Positions 46,041-54,591 of a stretch of DNA of 64,000 bases are shown here, piece by piece. The DNA is from Candidatus Poriferisocius sp. GTDB taxonomy: Bacteria; Actinomycetota; Acidimicrobiia; Acidimicrobiales; Bin134. The position numbers and the translations under genes are program-made. Each line of letters opens with the position of its first letter. The stretch's first letter is position 1. Where the stretch lies: contig NZ_CBDBOM010000003.1 of NCBI RefSeq assembly GCF_965208355.1, forward strand, positions 3,262,058 through 3,326,057. Direction: 5' to 3'. The notes beneath the pieces were generated by a model. It had not been told where the DNA came from, ran no database searches, and was given only the letters and a program-made list of their open reading frames with translations.

Positions 46041-47150
46041 CTAGAGCTCGGTGGTTTGGGCCAAGTCGGCGGCGTCTCGGGCTAGGTCTAAGACGACGCG
46101 GCCGAAGGCCTCCATGCGGGGGTTGTCGGCGCCGCCTGCCACGAAGCGGGCGTAGCCGCCCTCGAGCACGATGGCTAGCTTGAAGCGGGCCAGGATCACG
46201 TAGTAGTCGATCTCGTCGACATCTCGGCCCGACATGGTGGCGTAGCGCTCCAGCAAGTCGTCGCGGAAGGGCAGGCCCTCGTAGTCGACATAGCCCACCG
46301 AGGGGCGGCTGGCCTCGTCCTCGGGCCAGTTCATCACCACCCACGCGAGGTCGAGCAGCGGGTCGCCCACGGTGCCCATCTCCCAGTCGACGATGGCGGC
46401 CATGCGGGCGGGGGCGCCGTGGTGGAACATCACATTGGCGAACTGGTAGTCGCCGTGCATGATGCCCGGTGTATAGCTGCGGGGAGTGCGGCCCCGGAGC
46501 CAGTCGCCAGCGCTGTCGAGGCCGGGGATGTCGCGGAACTTGAACCGGTCGAGGTGGGCGTACCAGCGGTCGACCTGGCGCTCGTGGAAGCCGTCGGGGC
46601 GCCCCAGCCCCTCGAGGCCGTTGGCCTGCCAGTCGACCTTGGACAGCCGGGCGATGGCGTCGACCAACTCGAAGGCCAGCGCGGGGCGGGCGTCCATGTC
46701 GGAGGCAAACGGCTCGGGCCAGCCGGGCTCGCTGATGGGCGACCAGCCGTCGACGAAGTCCATGAGGTAGAAGGCAGCTCCGATGATGCTGGTGTCGTCG
46801 GTGCCGGCCGCGGCCCGGGCGTGGGGGACATCGGTGTCGGCCAGTGCGGAGAGGATGCGGTACTCCCGCATCATGGTCTCGTTGCGGCCGTCGGGGACTT
46901 TGCGGGGCGGGCGGCGCAGGGCCCAGCGGTGCTCGCCCCGGCACACCTCGAAGATCTCGTTGGAAGCGCCGCCGGAGATGAACCGGCTGGTGATGGGTTC
47001 ACCCTGGCCGGGGAGGCCTTGGGCGTCCATCCACTCCCCCAGCGCGACCGGCTCGATCAGGCCTTTGGTGCGCTCGGCCTCGGAGGCATCGTCGGTGTCG
47101 GTGCGCGAGAAGACGCTTGAATCCGTGGTTGACTTGGCTGGTTCGCTCAT
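46041..47150 (-). CDS. Phosphotransferase family protein (APH/ACAD10-like)
   Basis: GGASN, LRRPP, HGDY, VDWEM, GDPLLDL. Confidence 0.88.
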   Translation of the reverse strand: MSEPAKSTTDSSVFSRTDTDDASEAERTKGLIEPVALGEWMDAQGLPGQGEPITSRFISGGASNEIFEVCRGEHRWALRRPPRKVPDGRNETMMREYRILSALADTDVPHARAAAGTDDTSIIGAAFYLMDFVDGWSPISEPGWPEPFASDMDARPALAFELVDAIARLSKVDWQANGLEGLGRPDGFHERQVDRWYAHLDRFKFRDIPGLDSAGDWLRGRTPRSYTPGIMHGDYQFANVMFHHGAPARMAAIVDWEMGTVGDPLLDLAWVVMNWPEDEASRPSVGYVDYEGLPFRDDLLERYATMSGRDVDEIDYYVILARFKLAIVLEGGYARFVAGGADNPRMEAFGRVVLDLARDAADLAQTTEL

Positions 47151-47187
47151 GCGGCAGGTCGAAGCGTGAGCAGCCTCTGGCGGTTGG

Positions 47188-48372
47188 TCATGCTGCTGGC
47201 CTCAAAGTGAGCAATTCTTGGAGGTTCTCGGACATGACCTTGCGCTGGTTTTCGGGGCTTTCGTGCTCCACTTCCTTGAAGAAGTCGAGCGGGTTGGCGA
47301 GGCCCTCGGGGTGGGGGAAGTCGGAGCCGAACAGCACCCGGTCGATACCGATGTCGTCGATCAGGCCGGGGACGTCCTCCTCGTAGAACGGGCTCACCGA
47401 GATGTGGCGGCGGAAGGTCTCCACCGGATCTTCGGCGAATTCCTGGGGCATCTTGGCGTAGGTCTGGGAGAGCTCCGACAACAGCGGACCCACCCAGGTG
47501 GAGCCGTTCTCGATGCAGGCCACCCGCACATTGGGATGGCGCTCGAACAGGCCGTGGCAGATCATGGCGGCGATGGTGTCGAAGATGGGCCGGCCGTGGC
47601 TGATGACCAGTCGGAAGGCGGCGGGCTTGAACGGCAGGAACTCGTCGCGGCCGCCCTCCCAGTCGCTGGCGTAGGTGTCGTAGCCGGAGTCGGAGGCGTG
47701 GCAGGTGACCAGGATCCCGGTCTGCTCCACCGCATTCCAGAAGTCGTCGAACTCAGGCAGTCCCATGGAGCGGGAACCCCGCACGGCGGGCACCGGTGCG
47801 GGCCGGATGAGCACGGCTCGGGCGCCGTTGTCCACGGCCCACTCCAGCTCCTCGATGGCCCGGCGGGGGTCGGGCAGGGTGATGATCGGGGCGGGGAAGA
47901 TGCGGTCGTGGTAGTTGAAGGTCCACTCGTCCAGCATCCAGCGGTTGAAGGACGAAATGGCGGCGTGGGTGAGGTCGATGTCGTCCTTCATCCGCTCTTC
48001 GAGCAGCGAGGCCAAGGTGGGGAACAGCAGCGTGGCGTACACCCCCTGCTCGTCGAGCAGCTTGACGCGGTCTTCGGGGTTGCGGAAGGCAGGCAGGCAG
48101 CGGATGGGCTTGCCGGTGAACTCCCGAAGGGTCATTCCGTCGGGATTGATGCCCCGGTGGTAGTCCTCCCAGGCGCCGGGTCGGGCGACTACCTCGAAGG
48201 TGGGGTTGGGGATGTACTCGCTGATCTTGTTGTTGATGGCGATCTTGGTGCGGCCCTCGATGTCCACGTAGCGGATGGCGCTGCTATAGCGCTCGGGCAG
48301 GTGGCGGGTGAAGGCGTCGATGGGCTCGTAGAGATGGTTGTCGGCGTCGTAGGCGTCGTAGTTGAGTTTCAT
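47188..48372 (-). CDS. Amidohydrolase family protein
   Basis: DADNH, LFPT, FGSDFPHPEG. Confidence 0.88.
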   Translation of the reverse strand: MKLNYDAYDADNHLYEPIDAFTRHLPERYSSAIRYVDIEGRTKIAINNKISEYIPNPTFEVVARPGAWEDYHRGINPDGMTLREFTGKPIRCLPAFRNPEDRVKLLDEQGVYATLLFPTLASLLEERMKDDIDLTHAAISSFNRWMLDEWTFNYHDRIFPAPIITLPDPRRAIEELEWAVDNGARAVLIRPAPVPAVRGSRSMGLPEFDDFWNAVEQTGILVTCHASDSGYDTYASDWEGGRDEFLPFKPAAFRLVISHGRPIFDTIAAMICHGLFERHPNVRVACIENGSTWVGPLLSELSQTYAKMPQEFAEDPVETFRRHISVSPFYEEDVPGLIDDIGIDRVLFGSDFPHPEGLANPLDFFKEVEHESPENQRKVMSENLQELLTLRPAA

Positions 48373-49310
48373 GGCTCCTCCGGGGAGAGGACTTCAGGGG
48401 TTGATTCGGTTACAAGAACCGTGTCGCGAGCATATTCCTCGCCGGTGCCCGCGCTCACGCTGAGCACCATGTGTTCTTCGAGGACTTCGTCGGCGCCGTA
48501 GCGGGCGTTGATGACCGGGGGCTCGAATCCCATGCCGCTTCCCCGCACCAGCCAATCGCCGTCGGGAGCGGCTCGGCGGAGGTCTTGGCCGGTGGCACCG
48601 GGAACGCAGGCGGCGATGAGGGCGGCGTGGGGGCGAGCGTTGGGCGGGGTGGCGCCGGCGGTGCGGCCCAGGCCGCCCTCGTAGTGGGAGCGGATGCAGC
48701 TGAAGTCGACGATGTTGCCCTTGACTTGAGGCTCGGCGGCAGGGGTGGACGATCCGGCCAGGGCCATGGCCTCCACCCCGGCGGCCAGACGCTGGGCGTC
48801 GGTGCCGGGATGGGCGAGGCCGGCGGCCACCGCTTCGGCGGCCACGGCGCAAGCCGCCCGGATGGCGTCGACCTCGGAGGGCATTTTGGTGCGGCGGGCC
48901 TGGAGCAAGATGTCGTCGACGGCGACGACATCGGCGTTGGGGGCCACGGCCCTGATCAGCCCGGCCATGCCCGGCGACCACGCGTCAACGCCGACCCGCT
49001 GGGCGGCGGCCATGCCCGGGTTGGCGGCCAGGCGCTGATAGATGATGGCCCCGTTCCAGGTGATGCCGTGGAGGTGGTCAAGGTCGATGTCATCGGGAAC
49101 GCCCTCGTCCCAGGTGGACAACAGGAAGATCTCGCCGTTGGCAGTGTTGAGGGTGCAGACCGGGCCGAACGGGCGGGTGCCGGCGGTCCAGAGCTGGTGG
49201 GCGCCGGTGATGTAGTTGATGTGGTCTTGTCGGCCGGCGACCAGCATGTCAATCCCGGCGGCGGCCAGGGCGTCGACGGCTCGGGCCCGGCGCTGGAGGT
49301 GCAGGCTCAT
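48369..49310 (-). CDS. Degenerate M24 (Xaa-Pro peptidase/creatinase-like) protein
   Basis: ARRTK..EVDAIR, YEGGLGRT; most metal ligands substituted; GAGGTG RBS. Confidence 0.7.
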   Translation of the reverse strand: MSLHLQRRARAVDALAAAGIDMLVAGRQDHINYITGAHQLWTAGTRPFGPVCTLNTANGEIFLLSTWDEGVPDDIDLDHLHGITWNGAIIYQRLAANPGMAAAQRVGVDAWSPGMAGLIRAVAPNADVVAVDDILLQARRTKMPSEVDAIRAACAVAAEAVAAGLAHPGTDAQRLAAGVEAMALAGSSTPAAEPQVKGNIVDFSCIRSHYEGGLGRTAGATPPNARPHAALIAACVPGATGQDLRRAAPDGDWLVRGSGMGFEPPVINARYGADEVLEEHMVLSVSAGTGEEYARDTVLVTESTPEVLSPEEP

Positions 49311-49344
49311 GTCGGCACCTCGATGAGGGACGAAGATAGATGGG

Positions 49345-50568
49345 TCATCGCGGCACCTCGAAGGGGTCGTAGGGGTGGCCGCCGCCCAGCGGGATCCAGC
49401 CGTCCTCGGTGACGGCCACGATCTCCTCGGACCGGTAGCCCCCGGTGCCGTCTTCCCAGATGGCGGGCTCCAGCACCAACACCATGCCGGGTTGCAGGGT
49501 GTTGGCGGCGTCGAATTCGGGGCCGTTGTCGGTGCCCAAAAAGGGCATCTCGGCGCTCTCGATGCCCACCCCGTGAACGAGGTAGAAGTGGGGCATCCAC
49601 GGGCGCTCGCCGTCGGGCTGGTGGGCGGCATCGGCCGCGGTGGCGGCGGCGCACACCTCGGCGAAGGTGACGCCGGGGGCGATGGCGTCGTAAGTGGCGT
49701 CCATGACCGCCAGCCACCGCTCGAAGCAGCGCTGCTCGGCGGGGGTGGGCGGGCGGCCGACCGTCCAGGTGCGGCCGAAGTCGGAGGCGTAGCCGTGGTA
49801 GTCGCTGCCGGCGTCCACCCAGATGAGGTCGCCCTCGGCGTAGACGGGATCGCCCGACCAGGTGGGGAAGGCCAGATGCCCGGTGGTGGTGCGGGGGCCG
49901 TCGGCCATGCGCCGGGCCATGGGCTGGAAGATGACGTCGATCATGTTGGCGTCGATGCCCTCTTCTCGGAGGCGGCGGAGGAACACGGCGGCCAGCTCAC
50001 TGCGGCGCACGCCGGGGGCCAGGGCCTCCTGCACCGAGGCCATAGCCCGGCTGGTGCGGACTTGGGCCTGGTGGATGCAGGCCAGCTCGTCGACAGTCTT
50101 GCGGAGTTTGACCGCTCCCATGGTGTTAGACGCGTCGGTGATCTGGGCGGCCGAAAGCACGCCGGTGCGACGCATGGCCCCAGTCATCAGATCGATACCG
50201 ACGCGTCCGCCGCGGGCGTGTTGGCCGAGTAGGGCATCGAGTTGGGCACCGAGGTCGGCGGCACCTTCGTCGATATCGGGCCATACCGCCGGATGGGGAT
50301 CGACGTCGAGGCCATCGGGATCGCCGCCCAGCAAATGGGGCTGGGGGTGGTCGGCGAGGACCACGGCCACCGGGCGGTTGGCCGAGGCGTGGGTGGCGTC
50401 GATGCCCTTGGGAAGGCAGTCGGTGGCGTAGGCCACATGGGGTGCGTGGAGCAGCACCAAGGCGTCGAGCCCGTCGACGGCCATCTGGAATTGCAGCTTG
50501 GCGTAGCGATCCCGCCGCAGCCGCTCTACGTCAAGCTCAAGAACCGGAGCGGCGTGGGCGTTGGGCAT
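49345..50568 (-). CDS. M24 family metallopeptidase
   Basis: VDAG..YASDFGRT, HGVG, LEP, RSEE ligand motifs. Confidence 0.85.
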   Translation of the reverse strand: MPNAHAAPVLELDVERLRRDRYAKLQFQMAVDGLDALVLLHAPHVAYATDCLPKGIDATHASANRPVAVVLADHPQPHLLGGDPDGLDVDPHPAVWPDIDEGAADLGAQLDALLGQHARGGRVGIDLMTGAMRRTGVLSAAQITDASNTMGAVKLRKTVDELACIHQAQVRTSRAMASVQEALAPGVRRSELAAVFLRRLREEGIDANMIDVIFQPMARRMADGPRTTTGHLAFPTWSGDPVYAEGDLIWVDAGSDYHGYASDFGRTWTVGRPPTPAEQRCFERWLAVMDATYDAIAPGVTFAEVCAAATAADAAHQPDGERPWMPHFYLVHGVGIESAEMPFLGTDNGPEFDAANTLQPGMVLVLEPAIWEDGTGGYRSEEIVAVTEDGWIPLGGGHPYDPFEVPR

Positions 50569-50592
50569 GGGCTGAGCTTATGGCGATGCCGA

Positions 50593-51843
50593 TTAGGTGA
50601 TGCCGTCGGCTCGCAGGGAGGCCAACTCGTCGGCAGTGAGGTTGCACAGCTCGGTGAGTACTTCGTCGGTGTGCTGGCCGAGACGGGGGGCACCGGCGGG
50701 GACGGGCGGGGGTTGGCCGTCGAAGCGGGGGTAGGGAGCTTGCTGGTTGAGTAGGCCGATTACCGGGTCGTCGATGGCGACAAGGTCGCCGCGTGCGATG
50801 ACGTGGGAGTCAGCGGCGATGTCGGCGGCGTCGTAGGCGGTGGCCGCTGGCACATCGTGGGCCACACAGCGGGCCTCGATGTCGGCGGCTTCGAGCCCGG
50901 TGGTCCAGTCGCTCACGATCTGGTTGATCTCGCCGCCGTTGGCGACTCGGGCGCTGGCGGTGGCGAATTTGGGATCCTCTATCAGCTCGGGTCGGTCCAT
51001 GGCAGTGCATAAGCGGGTGAAATTGGCCTGGGTGGCCGCGGTGATGCACACCCAGCGGCCGTCGCGGCTGGGGTAGTTGTTGATCGGCGCCGAGTGGTCG
51101 GCCTGGTTACCGCTGCGGTTTCGCACTAGGCCGAGGTGGTGGTAGGCGGCGTGGGTCCACTCCATGATCCGCAACACCGAGCCGTACAGGTAGGCGTCGA
51201 TCACCCCACCCTCCCCGCTACCGCCGATGTCCCGGTCATACAACAGGGCGGTGGCAGCCTGCGCGGCGAACACCCCGGTGAGGTAGTCGGCAACAGTGAC
51301 GCCGGGTCGGACAGGGGTACGGTCGGACTCACCGGTGAGGTGAAGCAGCCCGCCGTAGGCCACGCCGTTGCGGTCGAGGCCGGGGAGCAGCGACTTGGGG
51401 CCGTCCTGGCCGTATCCGCTAATGCGCACGGTGACCAGGCGGCGAGGCAACACCTCGGGGTGGATGTTCCAGCGCTCCAGGGTGCCGGGGCGGAAGTTCT
51501 CGCACAGCACGTCGGCCTGGGCGGCCAGCTGGCGAAACAGCTCCTGGCCCCGGGATTGGCGCAGGTCGAGGGTGACCGATTTTCGGCCCCGGCCCTCCAC
51601 CGCCCAGTACAGCGAATAGGGATGGTCGCTCCCCTCCCCTGGCTCCCCCTCCTCTGGCTCTCTCTTCTCTGGCTCAAGGCCGGGGTTGGCGTAGGGGCCG
51701 AGGGTGCGCAGGGGATCGCCGGTGCCGGGCTGTTCGATCTTGATGACCTCGGCGCCTTGCTCGCCGAGGATGCCGGCACAGAACGGGGCGGCAATCCGGG
51801 TGCCCACGTCGAGTACCCGCAGCCCGGCCAGCGGTCTACGCAT
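50593..51843 (-). CDS. CaiB/BaiF family CoA-transferase
   Basis: PLAGLRVLD, GAEVIKIE, RGRKSVTLDL, ENFRPG. Confidence 0.9.
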   Translation of the reverse strand: MRRPLAGLRVLDVGTRIAAPFCAGILGEQGAEVIKIEQPGTGDPLRTLGPYANPGLEPEKREPEEGEPGEGSDHPYSLYWAVEGRGRKSVTLDLRQSRGQELFRQLAAQADVLCENFRPGTLERWNIHPEVLPRRLVTVRISGYGQDGPKSLLPGLDRNGVAYGGLLHLTGESDRTPVRPGVTVADYLTGVFAAQAATALLYDRDIGGSGEGGVIDAYLYGSVLRIMEWTHAAYHHLGLVRNRSGNQADHSAPINNYPSRDGRWVCITAATQANFTRLCTAMDRPELIEDPKFATASARVANGGEINQIVSDWTTGLEAADIEARCVAHDVPAATAYDAADIAADSHVIARGDLVAIDDPVIGLLNQQAPYPRFDGQPPPVPAGAPRLGQHTDEVLTELCNLTADELASLRADGIT

Positions 51844-51875
51844 CCCGGTGCTCGTTCATTGGGCCTGCGGGCGCT

Positions 51876-52709
51876 TTAGTCATCCCGGTGCTCGGCGAAG
51901 ACTTCCTTCATCGACGACTTCTGCATGCGCCGCTCCAGTGCCCCCAGCGCGGTGTCGGTGTTGTGCATCCAGTGATGGGCCATGAAGTGGTAGTCCCAGG
52001 AATCCCTCTGGCCCATGAACTCCAGCGTCTTGTTGATGGACCGCTTCACCACCGCGGCGGTGGCCGGGGGTACCAAGGCGATGGCCTCGGCCATCTCTTT
52101 GGTAGTTGCGGCCAGATCGTCGCGGGGCACCACCCGGTTGACCATGCCCAGGCGCTCGGCGTCGGCCGCGGAGATGGTCTGGGCGGTGAGCAGGAACTCC
52201 TTGGCCTTGCGGGGCGGCATCTCCCACGGCTCGATGAGGATCTCCACCGCGGCGCCGGTCATGCGCAGCACCGGGTTTTGGAAGGAGGCGTCGTCGGAGG
52301 CCACGATCAGATCGCACATGCAGGCCAGCATCACGCCGGCGGCGATGCATTTGCCGTGGACGGCGGCGATGGTGGGCTTGGGGAAATCCCGGATACGCAG
52401 GCAGCGGTCGAAGTACATGGTCTTCTCGTGGTGGAACTTGCCCTCCGGGGTGGCCCGCATCTGCCTCCACTTGTCAGGCTCCACGTCGCCCACCAGGGCT
52501 TTGAGATCGTGGCCCGCGGAGAAGTGGCGGCCGTTGGCGGCCATGACCACCACCCGCACCTCGTCGTCGGCCTCGGCCAGGTCGAAGGCGGCGTCGAGCT
52601 CGTCGAGGAGCTGGGTGTCTTGGGCGTTGGCCACATCAGGCCGATTCAAGGTGATGGTTGCCACCGCCTCGTCGACCCTGTATTCGATGGTGTCGAAATC
52701 GGTGCTCAT
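51876..52709 (-). CDS. Enoyl-CoA hydratase
   Basis: TITLNRP..NA, FSAGHDL, KPTIAAVHG. Confidence 0.9.
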   Translation of the reverse strand: MSTDFDTIEYRVDEAVATITLNRPDVANAQDTQLLDELDAAFDLAEADDEVRVVVMAANGRHFSAGHDLKALVGDVEPDKWRQMRATPEGKFHHEKTMYFDRCLRIRDFPKPTIAAVHGKCIAAGVMLACMCDLIVASDDASFQNPVLRMTGAAVEILIEPWEMPPRKAKEFLLTAQTISAADAERLGMVNRVVPRDDLAATTKEMAEAIALVPPATAAVVKRSINKTLEFMGQRDSWDYHFMAHHWMHNTDTALGALERRMQKSSMKEVFAEHRDD

Positions 52710-52717
52710 GGGTGCTC

Positions 52718-53899
52718 CTAACGGGGTTCTCTCGGTAGGCCGAGGGTTCTTTCCCCGATGATGTTGCGCTGGATTTCGTTGGTTCCGGCGAAGATCGTCG
52801 CAGCTTGATAGTACAGCCAGGATCGCTGCCAGCGGCCCTCGCCGGGGTTGTGGGGGTCGCCCCGCCACAGGGGGCCGGCGGCGCCCAGCACATCCATGGC
52901 GGTGCGGTGCAGGCGCTGGCTCATCTCGCTCCAGAAGAGCTTGGCGGTGGCCGACTCCGGGCCGTGGTCGCGGCCGTGGGCCAGCCGGGACAGCACCCGC
53001 CAATTCTGGAGCTGGAAGAGGCGGACCTCGGTGTAGGAGCGGGCCAGGGCCTGGCGGATCACGGGGTCTTGGTTGCGGCCGGTCTCGGCGGCCAGGCGGA
53101 AGAGCTCCTCGAGGAGCTGGAGATGGATGACGAGCTGGCGGGGGTTGGTGCCCCGCTCCACGCTGAGGGTGGACTGCGATACTCGCCAGCCGTTGCCCGG
53201 CTCGCCGATCACCTGGTCGTGGGCCACGAACACGTCGTTGAGGAAGACCTCGTTGAAGTCGGACTCGTCGGTCATCTGGCGCAGGGGGTGGATGTCGACG
53301 CCGGGGGCGTGCATGTCGACCATGAAGGCGGTGATACCGCGGTGCTTGGGCTCATCGGGGTGGGAGCGGGCCAGGCACAAGCCCCAGTCGGCGAACTGGG
53401 CGTAGGAGGTCCACACCTTCTGGCCGCTGAGCCGCCAACCGCCGTCGGCGGGGGTGGCCTGGGTAGACAGCGAGGCCAGGTCGCTGCCGGCGTCGGGTTC
53501 GCTGAACAGCTGGCAGAAGAGCTGCTCGGCGGGGAGGATCGAGGGGAGCCAGCGCTGCTTCTGCTCGGCGGTGCCGTGGGCCAGGATGGTGGGGCCGATC
53601 AGGTTCACGCCCAAGCGGCCCACCAGCTCGGGGGCCCGGGCTCGGGCCAGCTCCTCCTGGACGATGTAGTGGTGCAGAGGACCGGCGCCCCGGCCGCCGA
53701 ATTCGGCCGGCCAGGAGACGCCGACGAAGCGAGCTTCGGCCAGAGCGGCCTGCCACTTTCGGAGGTAGGCGACCTCTTCAGCCAGATCGTCGAATAGCGG
53801 GGGCAGCCCTTGGCCGTACTCCCAGGGCAGGTTCTCCTGGAGCCACTGGCGGCACTCGTGTCGGAACGCCTCTTGCTCCGGTGTGGGGGCTAGGTCCAC
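52718..53899 (-). CDS. Acyl-CoA dehydrogenase
   Basis: CQLFSEPDAGSDL, GQKVWTS, FNEVFL, TIFAGTNEIQ. Confidence 0.92.
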   Translation of the reverse strand: MDLAPTPEQEAFRHECRQWLQENLPWEYGQGLPPLFDDLAEEVAYLRKWQAALAEARFVGVSWPAEFGGRGAGPLHHYIVQEELARARAPELVGRLGVNLIGPTILAHGTAEQKQRWLPSILPAEQLFCQLFSEPDAGSDLASLSTQATPADGGWRLSGQKVWTSYAQFADWGLCLARSHPDEPKHRGITAFMVDMHAPGVDIHPLRQMTDESDFNEVFLNDVFVAHDQVIGEPGNGWRVSQSTLSVERGTNPRQLVIHLQLLEELFRLAAETGRNQDPVIRQALARSYTEVRLFQLQNWRVLSRLAHGRDHGPESATAKLFWSEMSQRLHRTAMDVLGAAGPLWRGDPHNPGEGRWQRSWLYYQAATIFAGTNEIQRNIIGERTLGLPREPR

Positions 53900-53909
53900 T
53901 GGCGCCCGA

Positions 53910-54581
53910 CTAGGCGGCGGTGACGAAGATGCGCTCGCTGGCGAAGCCGCCGATGCCGACGTGGTTGCCGTCGATCTCCACGGTGGTGGTGCCGTCGGGC
54001 GAGGAAGCGGTGATGATCCCCTGTGCACCGGGGATCACCGATGAGCCCTCCAGGAAGTCGAGCAGCCCCTCGGTGAACTCCAGCTCCTCGGTGATGCGGG
54101 TGACCACGAAGCGCTGGCCCACTCCGACTTCGGCCAATGCCTGCGTTGGGGGAGCCTGGTAGGCAGACCCGGGGATGGGGTTTCCGTGGGGGCAGGTTGT
54201 GGGGTCGTCGAGCACCCGCATCATGGCCTGCTCCACCAGAGGCGAGATGACGTGCTCCCACTTGCCAGCCTCGGCATGGGCGTCGGCCCACGACAGGCCC
54301 AGAACCTGGGTGAGGAACACCTCGGCCAGACGGTGGCGGCGCACCACCCGCTCGGCTAGATCCATCCCGTCGGGGGACAGCTCGATGGAGCGGCCCTTGA
54401 GGGTGACCAAGCCCTCGGCCTGCATCCGGTGGATCATCTCGGACACCGCCGGGCGGGACACCTCGAGGCGCTCGGCCACCCGTGCCTGGATCACGTCGAC
54501 ATCGTCTTCGGCCAGCTCGAAGATGGTCTCGCAGTATTCTTCAAAGGCCGGATGCCACTCGGGGGTCACGTAGTGAGCCAC
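53910..54581 (-). CDS. DtxR/MntR-family metal-dependent regulator with FeoA domain
   Basis: EEYCETI, VSRPAVSEM HTH, RRHRLAE, WEH, CPHGNPIP. Confidence 0.9.
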   Translation of the reverse strand: MAHYVTPEWHPAFEEYCETIFELAEDDVDVIQARVAERLEVSRPAVSEMIHRMQAEGLVTLKGRSIELSPDGMDLAERVVRRHRLAEVFLTQVLGLSWADAHAEAGKWEHVISPLVEQAMMRVLDDPTTCPHGNPIPGSAYQAPPTQALAEVGVGQRFVVTRITEELEFTEGLLDFLEGSSVIPGAQGIITASSPDGTTTVEIDGNHVGIGGFASERIFVTAA

Positions 54582-54591
54582 GACTGGCAGT

